Part shown: positions 1-11,024 of the stretch, piece after piece
Numbering within the stretch: position 1 is the first letter of the stretch
Layout: each line of letters begins with the position of its first letter
Source: Desulfomonilia bacterium
GTDB taxonomy: Bacteria; Desulfobacterota; Desulfomonilia; UBA1062
Length of the DNA: 64,000 nt
NCBI GenBank assembly: GCA_050014195.1
Contig: JBEKDT010000001.1
Coordinates: 192,001 to 256,000, forward strand
Direction: 5' to 3'
The notes under the pieces: model-generated
Databases searched by the model: none
What the model saw: the letters and a program-made list of their open reading frames with translations, nothing else
What the model was told of the DNA's origin: nothing
Program-made: the position numbers and the translations under genes

Positions 1-1309
<1,309 letters not shown>

Positions 1310-2185
1310 TTACTGGATGCTGTAATCAAGGCGAACAGGCCGCCCCATGCCTAAGCCCTGAGTAAGATCTCCTCTCAAAGGCAACGGTATAACATTCCAC
1401 GGAAGGACCTTTTTGAGTAGTTCCCAGATTCCTTCATGCGTTTCAGGCCGGACAATGCGGGGCTCACCTACTATGTGCCCCCTTTTCTTTGCCTCATCCA
1501 CGGCATCATCAAGACCGCCGATTTTGTCAACAAGCCCTATGGCACGCGCCTGTCTGCCCGTGAACACCCTGCCGTCGGCAAGCCGGCGTACCGTCTCGAC
1601 CTTCAGTTTCCTGCCCGATGATACCGCCTCGATGAACTGCAAATGAACATCGTCCACAAGGGCTTTGAAATAGGCCTTCTCCTGTTCGGACATGGGCTTG
1701 AAGGGTGACCCGGCATCCTTCAGCGTGCCGGCCGTAATGCTGTTTGGAGTAATACCAAGCCTTTTCAGTCCCTCACTCGCATCGAAGAACTCCATGATTA
1801 CTCCGATGCTGCCGGTCATGGTGCCCGGCAGGGCATAGATGGTGTCCGCTGCGCAGGCAATGTAGTATGCACCCGATGCGCCCAGCGCACCGAAAGACGC
1901 TATAACGGGCTTTTTCTTCTTGAGCTTCAGCAATGCGCTGTAGACCTCCTGGGATGGACCTACCTTGCCGCCCGGGCTGTCAAGACGTACCACAACCGCC
2001 TTGATCTTATCGTCATCCGTGAACTGCTTGATGGCATCCAGGTAGGGCATCGAATCGGTGATAACGCCATCCACCTCGATAATACCAATGGCAGGTTTCA
2101 TGGATGTCTTGACGGCACTACCTCCCCAGGCAATTGCAACAACGGCAATCACGATTAAGAGTATCCACTTGGTTCTTCGTTTCAT
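1310..2185 (-). CDS. sppA: Signal peptide peptidase SppA (36K type, S49)
   Basis: N-terminal TM; LDSPGG, GASGAYYIA, TGSIGVI, DGRVFTG motifs; downstream of rpsA. Confidence 0.95.
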   Translation of the reverse strand: MKRRTKWILLIVIAVVAIAWGGSAVKTSMKPAIGIIEVDGVITDSMPYLDAIKQFTDDDKIKAVVVRLDSPGGKVGPSQEVYSALLKLKKKKPVIASFGALGASGAYYIACAADTIYALPGTMTGSIGVIMEFFDASEGLKRLGITPNSITAGTLKDAGSPFKPMSEQEKAYFKALVDDVHLQFIEAVSSGRKLKVETVRRLADGRVFTGRQARAIGLVDKIGGLDDAVDEAKKRGHIVGEPRIVRPETHEGIWELLKKVLPWNVIPLPLRGDLTQGLGMGRPVRLDYSIQ

Positions 2186-2303
2186 GGCGTTAGCGGTTTC
2201 GAACTCCGGGTTTAAAGCACCTAATGCGGTGAAACAATACCTGCAACAGAGTATATAGAAGAACTTTTCCGTTGTCCATATACTTGGGACACTGTGTCGG
2301 TGC

Positions 2304-2347
2304 TAAATACTGTAAGGGATACCCCTTGGTCCGAGGTACTCCCCTTT
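2304..2347 (-). terminator. Imperfect hairpin after rpsA
   Basis: AAGGG...CCTTGG-T-CCGAGG...CCCCTT inverted repeat just past the rpsA stop; no clear U-tract. Confidence 0.4.
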
Positions 2348-2365
2348 ATCGACTTTTAATGTTGC

Positions 2366-4150
2366 CTAGCTCTTCTGCTTGGTCTCACGCAGACCTTTGA
2401 GCAGATCACCAAGGTTGGTGCCCACCTTATTATCGGATGGCTTGCTTTCCTGAACAGGTGCAGCCTTTCGGTGGTGCGCCTCATCAATGGCCTTGATGGA
2501 AAGCCCGATCTTCTTGTTCTCCGGACTGATCCTCAAGACTACTGCGTCCACCTCTTGGCCGACTTCAAGTACCTCTGCCAATGAATCGATCTTGTCACTA
2601 CTGACCTCGGAGATATGGATCATGCCCTCTATGCCCGGCTTGATCTCGACAAATGCGCCGAAATCGGTCAGAGAAGTGATCTTCCCCTTAATGATGCTGC
2701 CCACCGGATGCTCGAGAGCGATCTGATGCCATGGATCGGGCTGGAGTTGTTTAATGCCCAAAGAGAATTTTTCGTTCTCAGGGTCGATGGCCAGGACCTT
2801 GGCCTTGATCACATCGCCCTTTTTATAAAGCTCACGGGGGTTCTTCACCTTGGGGTCCCAGGTAAGGTCGGATACATGGATGAGACCGTCAACGTCAATG
2901 GTATCATCTATGCTCACAAACAGCCCGAAGTCAGTGACATTCTTCACTGTGGCATCTACGACGGTGCCTTCAGGATAAAACTCCTGGATCTGTCTCCATG
3001 GATTGGGCATGGTCTGCTTGAGTCCAAGTGAGATGCGGCGGCCAGGCTGATCCACACCCAGAACGACCACATCCACACTCTGTCCTTCATCGAGTACCGA
3101 AGACGGGTGCCTCATGCGCTTGGTCCAGAACATCTCAGAGATATGAACGAGCCCCTCGACCCCCTCTTCTACCTCTACGAATGCGCCATAATTGGTAACC
3201 GAGGTCACCTTGCCGTTGATCTTCTTACCTATGGGATACCGGTACTCCAATCCTTCCCAGGGATCTGTCGTGAGCTGTTTGAGGCCCAGCGAAATCTTTT
3301 CAGTGGCCGGATCAAATTCAAGCACCTTAACCTTAATATCCTGACCGGAAGCAACCTTTTCTTTCGGGTCCTTAAGCTTGCCCCATGACATGTCGGTGAT
3401 GTGTAGAAGGCCGTCGATGCCCCCGATATCAACAAAAGCACCATAGCTCATGATGTTCTTGACCCTGCCGGTTACCACATTACCTTTGGCCAACGTTGTG
3501 AGCAGGTGCTTTTTGTTTTCTTCTCTCTGTTTTTCCAAGACCTCCCGGTGGCTTACCACCACGTTGTTTTTCTTACGGTTGAATTTGATGATAGCCACGT
3601 CGATTGCCTGGCCGATCATCTTTTCAAGGTCGGTCTCGCTCACGGGATTGACCGTGGCCTGGGAGCTCGGCAGGAAAGCACTCAGCCCGATGTCTACGAT
3701 AAGGCCACCCTTGATCCTCTCCGTCACTTTTCCCCTGAGATATGAATTATCCTGATAGGCCTTGACGATATCATCCCAGATCTTCAGCCGTTTGGCCTTC
3801 TCCTTGGAGAGTCTTATCACACCTCTGGATGCGTTTATGCTCTCAACAAGAACCTCGACTTCCTGGCCCACGGCAGTGGTGATCTCCCCGTCATCTCCGA
3901 TAAACTCGTTTATAGGTGCCTGTCCGTCTATCTTTCTCCCGATATCGATCATGATATGGTCCGTGCCGATCTGAACTACCGTGCCCGTCACCACTGATCC
4001 GGGTGTTATACGCTTATCAAATGTCCCCTCATACAGGGCCTCAAAATTGGTGCTCTCAGCCTCATGGTTCTCCGGCTTGGTTTCTGCAAGATCCTCCTTT
4101 GTTGAATCGGTGTTCTCGTGCTCATTTTTAGTTTCGTCTACACTATACAT
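2366..4150 (-). CDS. rpsA: 30S ribosomal protein S1
   Basis: Repeated S1 domains (YGAFVDIGGIDGLLHITDMSW, YGAFVEVEEGVEGLVHISEM, FGAFVEIKPGIEGMIHISE); start moved to ATG 4150 after GGGGGAAGGA RBS. Confidence 0.97.
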   Translation of the reverse strand: MYSVDETKNEHENTDSTKEDLAETKPENHEAESTNFEALYEGTFDKRITPGSVVTGTVVQIGTDHIMIDIGRKIDGQAPINEFIGDDGEITTAVGQEVEVLVESINASRGVIRLSKEKAKRLKIWDDIVKAYQDNSYLRGKVTERIKGGLIVDIGLSAFLPSSQATVNPVSETDLEKMIGQAIDVAIIKFNRKKNNVVVSHREVLEKQREENKKHLLTTLAKGNVVTGRVKNIMSYGAFVDIGGIDGLLHITDMSWGKLKDPKEKVASGQDIKVKVLEFDPATEKISLGLKQLTTDPWEGLEYRYPIGKKINGKVTSVTNYGAFVEVEEGVEGLVHISEMFWTKRMRHPSSVLDEGQSVDVVVLGVDQPGRRISLGLKQTMPNPWRQIQEFYPEGTVVDATVKNVTDFGLFVSIDDTIDVDGLIHVSDLTWDPKVKNPRELYKKGDVIKAKVLAIDPENEKFSLGIKQLQPDPWHQIALEHPVGSIIKGKITSLTDFGAFVEIKPGIEGMIHISEVSSDKIDSLAEVLEVGQEVDAVVLRISPENKKIGLSIKAIDEAHHRKAAPVQESKPSDNKVGTNLGDLLKGLRETKQKS

Positions 4151-4412
4151 GGTTTCCTTCCCCCCATCCGTCGTTCCGTATTCCTGTTTAAGTTGCGTTC
4201 CTATACAATAGAGGCCGGTAAAACACAAGATCATAATGGGTGCTCTGAAAACCTCTCATGACAAGGATTCCCGAGATATCTAACCTCTTGATTTCGTGTC
4301 TCGATACTCCACTCATACGAAGGTTAGATCTATGGCACAGATCAGGTAAGGCACATTACCCATTTTCTAAAGATCAATTACCAAGAAGGGTTTTAAAGGA
4401 CTGGTCTCTTTT

Positions 4413-4835
4413 TTAGTCGAGAGGGTTCTTCTTTTTTAATAGGGATGGGTCTTTGAGGGCCTTTTCAAGCTCGGAAAAGATGCTGCTCTTGTCACCTTTT
4501 TTCGCCAGTGAATCCTCAATACCCTTAAGGCGGGACTCCTGTTTTGTCTTGAACTGTGAGATCTCTTCTTCCATTCTGGGAGCCTCTAAGGTCCGAGGGA
4601 GCTCCTCGAGTTTGGTGTGATCCCGTACGGAGAACCGGACCTCTCCACCGCTGATGATGACATCGATAGCCCCTATGTCTTCGAGCTTCCTGGATATGCG
4701 TGAGAGTTCCTCTTCTGAAACCTGAAGGAATTCCTTTAAACCCTTCAGCGAGGGGGGCTGATGGTGGAGGTGCTCGAACACCCTGGTAGCTGCTATGAAG
4801 AGATGCGCCTGGCTATAGATATCGCCTGGTAACAT
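4413..4835 (-). CDS. Hypothetical protein, possible winged-helix N-terminus with coiled C-terminus
   Basis: Fills the intergenic gap; HTH-like PPSLKGLKEFLQVSEEELSRISRKLEDIGAI segment; start taken at second Met. Confidence 0.65.
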   Translation of the reverse strand: MLPGDIYSQAHLFIAATRVFEHLHHQPPSLKGLKEFLQVSEEELSRISRKLEDIGAIDVIISGGEVRFSVRDHTKLEELPRTLEAPRMEEEISQFKTKQESRLKGIEDSLAKKGDKSSIFSELEKALKDPSLLKKKNPLD

Positions 4836-4958
4836 AATGGTTACTGTAATCCAAAGGCTCGTCCCATGCAACTAACATTCAAGAATATCCTTGACTTCTC
4901 CGATACAAGAAAACAAAGATACTATGCCTGAATTGAAGAAATCAAAGGAGGACCCGCT

Positions 4959-5963
4959 TTGAAAAAATATGCACTAATTGTGATGGGCCTTTTTTTGTTT
5001 CTTGGCTTGATCAGTCCATGCCCGGCAGATGAGATAAAGCACACCGTCATAAAGGGGGACACCCTGTGGGACATCTCCATGAAATATCTGAAGACGCCGT
5101 GGAAGTGGCCCCTTGTCTGGGCAAATAACCAGGACATTACCAATCCACATCTTATTTACCCCGGGGATATTGTGATCATCACAAAAGACGGCGACAAGAC
5201 TATCATTAAGATCATCCCATCTCCTGATCGTGGCGGTAAGGAAACAAAAATGACAATCTATACCCCGGAAGAAGCTGCTGCGGTTAAAGAGAAATCTTTA
5301 TTGATTTCACCGCAGTATGCAACCTACATCTACAGCCCTAACATCCTGACCGGTTCCGGAACGATACTTAAGAAGATCGAGGGGGGAGAGCTTATCTCTC
5401 AAAACGATCACATCGTTATCAAGACGACCTCGGAGCTGAAACCGGATCAAGCGATCACCATTGTCTCTAAGATACAGGATATTACAAAAGAAGGCGAACC
5501 GGCAGGGTATCTCTATAAGGCGGTAGCCACAGCTGTAGTGGAAGACGTACAGTCTGATATTGTAAAGTCCCGCCTCATATACTCCCTTCAAGAAGCCAAG
5601 GTAGGCGATGTGATCTTCGATGACCTTGCCCCTGTCAGGCCATTGATGCTGACTATATCCCAGCCGACTTTAAATGCTCCGGCAAAGGTTATTGACTTCC
5701 ATGGCGGCACATCAGGCAGCAGCACCAACAACCTGGTCTTCCTGGATGCCGGGAAAAACCAGGGGGTGGACAAGGGATCAATCCTGAATATAACAAAGCC
5801 GACAAAGTTCGATGAGGAAGGGAAAAGGGAACAAGTGGCGATATTCCATGAATATATCGGCATGGCACTCGTGCTTCAGACCCTTGATAACAGCTCCATG
5901 GGCCTTCTGGTCGAATCCAGGGCCCAGATAGAAAAAGGGTACACGGTAACGGGCAAGAAATAA
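4959..5963 (+). CDS. LysM peptidoglycan-binding domain exported protein
   Basis: Signal peptide; HTVIKGDTLWDIS...WKWPLVW...NPHLIYPGD LysM; AGGAGG RBS before TTG. Confidence 0.9.
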   Translation: MKKYALIVMGLFLFLGLISPCPADEIKHTVIKGDTLWDISMKYLKTPWKWPLVWANNQDITNPHLIYPGDIVIITKDGDKTIIKIIPSPDRGGKETKMTIYTPEEAAAVKEKSLLISPQYATYIYSPNILTGSGTILKKIEGGELISQNDHIVIKTTSELKPDQAITIVSKIQDITKEGEPAGYLYKAVATAVVEDVQSDIVKSRLIYSLQEAKVGDVIFDDLAPVRPLMLTISQPTLNAPAKVIDFHGGTSGSSTNNLVFLDAGKNQGVDKGSILNITKPTKFDEEGKREQVAIFHEYIGMALVLQTLDNSSMGLLVESRAQIEKGYTVTGKK

Positions 5964-5998
5964 CCGCCTCTGGGCTTTAAACAATACAGGAAATTTGA

Positions 5999-6301
5999 TT
6001 AAACGCTCCGGTAGGATAAAATGTTGTTGAGCCCTTTTTCGTCAGTGCTCGTAAACATGACGGCCATGCCCGAGCGGGTCTTCCAGATGACATGCCCCTG
6101 CACCCAAATGACCTTGCCGAACTCTTCGGCATCAATACTGGCGATCACATATCCGTCCACATTGGGGATGTCCCAGGTTTGGACATACATGCCGCTCTTG
6201 CTGATGTCGTAAACCTTGCCAACCTTATAAGCATGGGCATTGTCACGATAGGCGACCTTCATATTCACTCTGATACGTTTATGTGTTCTTTGATCCTGCA
6301 T
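5999..6301 (-). CDS. Single-domain PilZ protein (c-di-GMP receptor)
   Basis: RxxxR (QRTHKR) and DxSxxG (DISKSG) motifs. Confidence 0.88.
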   Translation of the reverse strand: MQDQRTHKRIRVNMKVAYRDNAHAYKVGKVYDISKSGMYVQTWDIPNVDGYVIASIDAEEFGKVIWVQGHVIWKTRSGMAVMFTSTDEKGLNNILSYRSV

Positions 6302-6504
6302 AACTTTTAAAGACCCTTCACATATAAATCATTAAATCAATTGTAGGGTTATACGATGGGAAATGTCTCGCTTTTTCGTGTTAATTAAATATCTTACACA
6401 AATCTCACGAAAAAGTCCATACCCTTTATAATCCTGGAGATGATGGCATTAAGCGCGCCAACACTACATTGACACCCCTGCCACGATACGTTATAGATCA
6501 GACC

Positions 6505-7041
6505 ATGAAAGTGCTCTATACCGCAAGCGAGATTGCTGAAAAGGTCGCTGAGCTTGGGGATAAGATCTCGTTAGCGTATCAGGGCCATGAGTTATTCATC
6601 GTAGGTATCTTAAAAGGCGGCTTCATGTTCATGTCCGATCTGGTCCGCCGGATCAATCTCCCCGTGAGAATTGAGTTTGCCAGACTATCCAGCTATGGTA
6701 ACTCCGACGGTCCCATAGGAGATGTCGCACTCATTGATGATATTCATGAACCAATTACCGGCAAGCATGTTTTAATTGTTGATGACATCATGGACACCGG
6801 ACACAGCTTACTTGCATTTAAAAAGCACCTCTTGGAAAAAGGACCGGCTTCTGTCAAGATCTGCACAATGATAGACAAGACACAGAGGAGGGAGACCTCC
6901 ATATCACCTGACTACTACGGTTTCCGTATAACCGAGGGGTTTGTAGTGGGATACGGCTTGGACTTCGCAGAGAATTACCGTACATTGCCGCAGCTGTGCG
7001 TACTCGACCCCGAAGACAGGAGGAACCTCTCATGGTCATAG
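6505..7041 (+). CDS. hpt: Hypoxanthine phosphoribosyltransferase
   Basis: GILKGG, LSSYG, VLIVDDIMDTG PRPP motif, FVVGYGLD...YRTLP. Confidence 0.95.
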   Translation: MKVLYTASEIAEKVAELGDKISLAYQGHELFIVGILKGGFMFMSDLVRRINLPVRIEFARLSSYGNSDGPIGDVALIDDIHEPITGKHVLIVDDIMDTGHSLLAFKKHLLEKGPASVKICTMIDKTQRRETSISPDYYGFRITEGFVVGYGLDFAENYRTLPQLCVLDPEDRRNLSWS

Positions 7042-7940
7042 TTAATTGTCCAAGCTGCCACAGCAAATTCAGGTTTTCCCAAGAAGGCCTCACACAGGGC
7101 ACGATCAAAATGCGCTGCAGTGTCTGTCAGCATGTCTTTTCATACACCATGGAATCCGAAGTCTCCCTGGAAAAGGAATTCGACATACTTTTAAGCTCAA
7201 AACCTGTAGAGGCGGCACCTGCCGTGGATGAATCCCTTTCATCACAGGAATCAGTTCTTGAAGAGGCCTCCATGGAGATTAGCGAGACGCCTCCGGAGTC
7301 AAAATCGGAAGGGTCCCAAGCTGCTACGGAATCGGTCATCCGGGAAATTGACTCTATACTTGGGACCGGCTCTGATGCAGCCGAAACAGAAGAGGAATCA
7401 GAACCCCAGGAGACTGAGAAGAAAAGCCACCTGAAAATTGCCGTCCTCATCATCTGCCTTATCGTGGCAACATGCGCCTCCTTGTGGTTACTACGCGACA
7501 AGATTCCGTTCTTTCATGGGGCCAAACAGGAGAGTCCCCAAGCTACCCTGCTGAAAGGACCATTTTTCTCCATAGATGAACATGGCCTCACCTATGAGAT
7601 GCTCACCCATGAGCAGGAGGGCAGTGTACTTGTAATCAAGGGCAACCTCAGAAAAATCACGGCTAAGCCTGTTGAATCGGTCATGGTAGAGGCCAGGGTA
7701 TATGACAAGACAGGCAAACTCATTGAATCCCGTCTCGCCTATGCGGGTATCGTACCGGATACGAGCGAATTCACCAAGCAACCACAGAAGGATATCGATG
7801 CCCTTCTGACCTCTGATCCCGCATCCCCGGGTTCAACGCTTCCCTCCAGCGACATCCCGTTCGCCGTAGCCTTCTTTGGGAAGCCAGCTCAAGAAGTGTC
7901 ATCATTCCAGGTAGAAGTGAAGGATATTCGTTGGAAATAA
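7032..7940 (+). CDS. Zinc-ribbon (MJ0042-type) / acidic linker / TM / DUF3426-like membrane protein
   Basis: CPSC...CSVC ribbon at N-terminus, Glu/Ser-rich linker, one TM helix, beta-rich periplasmic domain; AGGAGG RBS. Confidence 0.8.
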   Translation: MVIVNCPSCHSKFRFSQEGLTQGTIKMRCSVCQHVFSYTMESEVSLEKEFDILLSSKPVEAAPAVDESLSSQESVLEEASMEISETPPESKSEGSQAATESVIREIDSILGTGSDAAETEEESEPQETEKKSHLKIAVLIICLIVATCASLWLLRDKIPFFHGAKQESPQATLLKGPFFSIDEHGLTYEMLTHEQEGSVLVIKGNLRKITAKPVESVMVEARVYDKTGKLIESRLAYAGIVPDTSEFTKQPQKDIDALLTSDPASPGSTLPSSDIPFAVAFFGKPAQEVSSFQVEVKDIRWK

Positions 7941-8950
7941 AGGAACGCGCACCGGCATCACGCCTGAAATACGGGGCGGCACTCCTGTGTATTGTATTCA
8001 CTATAGGGACCTTGGGTTTTCACTTCATCGAAGGATGGACTTACCTCGATGCGTTTTTCATGACGCTCATTACCATAACCACAATAGGCTACCAGGAGAT
8101 TCATCCTCTCACAGAGATCGGCAAGGTCTTTGACATCTTCATAATCTTCCTGGGCGTTGGGTCTGCTGCATACGTGTTTGCATCCTTTACCCGGTTCATA
8201 GTAGAGGGTGAGATGCAACATTACTTTGGGAGGCTTAGGTTGGATAAGACAATCATGCGGATGAACAATCATTATATCATCTGCGGCAACGGAAGGATCG
8301 GGTCGCTCATCAGCCAGGAACTCCTTCACTCAAACAAGACATTTCTTGTGATAGATAATGATCCCGCCATCATCGAGCACCTTGAGCGCACAGGTGTCCC
8401 ACATATTTTAGGCAATGCTTCGGATGAAGACATCCTGCTCAAAGCAGGGATCAAGCGTGCAAAGGGTCTCATTGCCACGGCATCATCCGACATGACAAAT
8501 GTTTACATCATCCTGATAGCCAAAGAGCTTAATCCCGATCTCTTTGTGCTTGCCCGGGCCGAGACTGAGGACTCCACCAAGAACCTCATACGGGCCGGGG
8601 CAAATAAAGTGGTCTCTCCTTACCTCATCGGAGGCCGCCACATGGCAAATATCATCCTCAAGCCCACGGTAGTGGACTTCATTGAGCTGGCCACCGGTGA
8701 GAAGACCGGAGATTTTATTATTCAAATGGAAGGGTTTAAGATCCGCGAAGACTCCTGTCTTGTGGGTAAAACATTGAAAGACGCCCCCATAAGGAAGGAC
8801 ATCGGTCTCATCGTAGTCGCGATCAGGGATCGTGCCGGCAAGATGATCTTCAACCCAGGTGCCGATATGACAATCTCGGTTGATGACGTGCTTGTCTGCA
8901 TAGGTGATACCGAGGCCCTTCGGTCCATGAAGACCCTTGTAAACAGCTAG
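7931..8950 (+). CDS. Potassium channel protein with TrkA-N/TrkA-C (RCK) domains
   Basis: TITTIGY selectivity filter, ICGNGRIG Rossmann motif, C-terminal TrkA-C. Confidence 0.93.
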   Translation: MEIKERAPASRLKYGAALLCIVFTIGTLGFHFIEGWTYLDAFFMTLITITTIGYQEIHPLTEIGKVFDIFIIFLGVGSAAYVFASFTRFIVEGEMQHYFGRLRLDKTIMRMNNHYIICGNGRIGSLISQELLHSNKTFLVIDNDPAIIEHLERTGVPHILGNASDEDILLKAGIKRAKGLIATASSDMTNVYIILIAKELNPDLFVLARAETEDSTKNLIRAGANKVVSPYLIGGRHMANIILKPTVVDFIELATGEKTGDFIIQMEGFKIREDSCLVGKTLKDAPIRKDIGLIVVAIRDRAGKMIFNPGADMTISVDDVLVCIGDTEALRSMKTLVNS

Positions 8951-8955
8951 AGGTC

Positions 8956-9369
8956 ATGCGGATATTAGGATTGGATTACGGCAGTAAACGCATCGGCGTT
9001 GCCTTGAGTGATCCGTCAGAGACCATGGCCCATCCTATCGAAACCATACAGGTAAAGTCCGATGGGTCACATTTTAAGGTTATAAAGACCATTGCTGATG
9101 CATACCAGGTGTCCAAGGTTGTGGTAGGTCTGCCTTACAATATGGACGGCAGCCTCGGGAATAAGGGGGAAGAGGTAATTAAATGGGGCAAAGACCTTGA
9201 GAAAGTGCTCGACTTACCTGTTGTATTCTTTGATGAAAGGCTTTCTACATCAGAGGCTCATGAGTTGCTCATGAGGATCAATGTCAAGGGGAGAAAGCGC
9301 AATGCAATCGTGGATAAGATCGCTGCGAGCATTATCCTGAAAGGATATCTGGATTCGGAGAATACATGA
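8956..9369 (+). CDS. ruvX: YqgF/RuvX pre-16S rRNA nuclease
   Basis: LGLDYGSKRIGVALSD, VVGLP, DERLST, DKIAASIIL motifs. Confidence 0.95.
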   Translation: MRILGLDYGSKRIGVALSDPSETMAHPIETIQVKSDGSHFKVIKTIADAYQVSKVVVGLPYNMDGSLGNKGEEVIKWGKDLEKVLDLPVVFFDERLSTSEAHELLMRINVKGRKRNAIVDKIAASIILKGYLDSENT

Positions 9370-10376
9370 GAACTCGCCTGCGCGCCCTTCTTTTCTTGCT
9401 GGTATGTCTCCTCACTCTTGTCTTCGTCCACACATGCTCCTTTTTGAGAACACCCATCACTCCACACAAACCTGTTGAGGTGGATATCGTGCCGGGGCAG
9501 AGTGCCTGGGAGATCACACAGACTCTTAAGAACACTGGAGTCATATCCCATGCAGGCACCTTCATAATCATTGCCACCCTTACAGGCAAGGCAAAGCATC
9601 TCCGGGCAGGCGCATATGTGTTCGAAGGCAACCATGTCCCAATGGATATCATGGATATATTGTTCAGGGGAAAGACACTCAAGTATCGCATCACCATCCC
9701 TGAGGGTTATACGATCTATCAGATAGGAGAGGCTGTATCAAGGACAGGACTTATCCCCAAGAACCTGTTTATTCAAAGTGCACTCAGCCCGAAGACAAAA
9801 GACTTCTTTCAGGTAAAGGCACCTTCCATGGAGGGTTTTCTCTATCCTGACACCTATTACCTGGTCCCCCATATGACACCACTGGAGATCATGGCAAAGA
9901 TGATTGACCGTTTCAGAGGCATATATACCCCTGAGATGGAACAGCGGGCAAAAGCGATCGGCATGTCCAAGCTTGAAGTCATCACGCTGGCATCTCTCAT
10001 CGAGAAGGAGGCTTATGCAAAGGCTGAACAGCCCATTATATCCTCGGTATTTCACAACAGAATGATGCGGGGAATGCGCCTCCAATCCGATCCGACCGCC
10101 ATTTACGGCATTGAGGGCTTTACGGGCAAGATAGGCCCGGATGATCTGTTGAGGGAAAGTCCTTACAACACCTACCGACATGGAGGGCTCCCACCAGGTC
10201 CTATATGCAACCCCGGTTTGGATTCCATTCGATCCGCACTCTGGCCTGCAAAGACCACTTACCTCTACTTCGTCTCGCAAGGCGATGGGACACATTCATT
10301 CTCCCACTCGCTCGAAGAACATAACCGAGCAATTTCAAATAATTCCAAGCAGAAGAAAAATCGCGGTATTCTCTAA
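9366..10376 (+). CDS. mltG: Endolytic transglycosylase MltG (YceG family)
   Basis: TIPEG, EGFLYPDTY, LASLIEKE, LQSDPT, SPYNTY, GLPPGPICNPG. Confidence 0.96.
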   Translation: MRTRLRALLFLLVCLLTLVFVHTCSFLRTPITPHKPVEVDIVPGQSAWEITQTLKNTGVISHAGTFIIIATLTGKAKHLRAGAYVFEGNHVPMDIMDILFRGKTLKYRITIPEGYTIYQIGEAVSRTGLIPKNLFIQSALSPKTKDFFQVKAPSMEGFLYPDTYYLVPHMTPLEIMAKMIDRFRGIYTPEMEQRAKAIGMSKLEVITLASLIEKEAYAKAEQPIISSVFHNRMMRGMRLQSDPTAIYGIEGFTGKIGPDDLLRESPYNTYRHGGLPPGPICNPGLDSIRSALWPAKTTYLYFVSQGDGTHSFSHSLEEHNRAISNNSKQKKNRGIL

Positions 10377-10409
10377 AGTTGTGTCTCGCCCCTTTCGATA
10401 AGGGAAGAC

Positions 10410-11024
10410 ATGGTAGAAGTGCGTGCAGCCATTGTCGATGATGAGGATGAAATACTTGATCTTATCGAACAAATCCTTATTGAGGAAGGGCTCAAGTCAA
10501 AAAGGTTCCATAAGGCAGAGGATTTACTTGTTATCTCAGAGAAAGAGTCATTTGACATCATTATCTCTGACCTCATGCTTCCTGGTATAACGGGGCTCGA
10601 ACTCCTTGAGAGACTTCATAAGAAAGGGATTACAACACCGTTTGTCCTCATCACCGGATATGCATCGCTGGATACGGCCATCGAGGCAGTGAACCAGGGT
10701 GCCTTTTCATATATCAAGAAGCCATTTAATATTGAAGAAATCCGTATTGTGGTCAACCGACTCAGGCAAAGGCAGGACCTCATGGATGAGATCGCTCAGC
10801 TGAAAAGACAGGTAACGTTGCTGCAGTCGAAACTCTCAAAAGCAATAGGAGAAGATTATCCAAACACGGCACTGCCGCCTGTGATGAGGGCATTGCAGGG
10901 CCCCAACGATATGAGCAAGGCCTTTTCCGCCATAGAATATCTCGGCAGGCTCAAGACGGAGGGGCTGATTACTGAAAGGGAATTCGGCGAATACAAAGGC
11001 AGAATTTTAAAAGGGATTGCTTGA
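10410..11024 (+). CDS. Response regulator: REC + coiled coil + C-terminal SHOCT-like domain
   Basis: VDDE, IISD, ITG, KP receiver residues; C-terminal LGRLKTEGLITEREFGEYKGRIL. Confidence 0.88.
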   Translation: MVEVRAAIVDDEDEILDLIEQILIEEGLKSKRFHKAEDLLVISEKESFDIIISDLMLPGITGLELLERLHKKGITTPFVLITGYASLDTAIEAVNQGAFSYIKKPFNIEEIRIVVNRLRQRQDLMDEIAQLKRQVTLLQSKLSKAIGEDYPNTALPPVMRALQGPNDMSKAFSAIEYLGRLKTEGLITEREFGEYKGRILKGIA

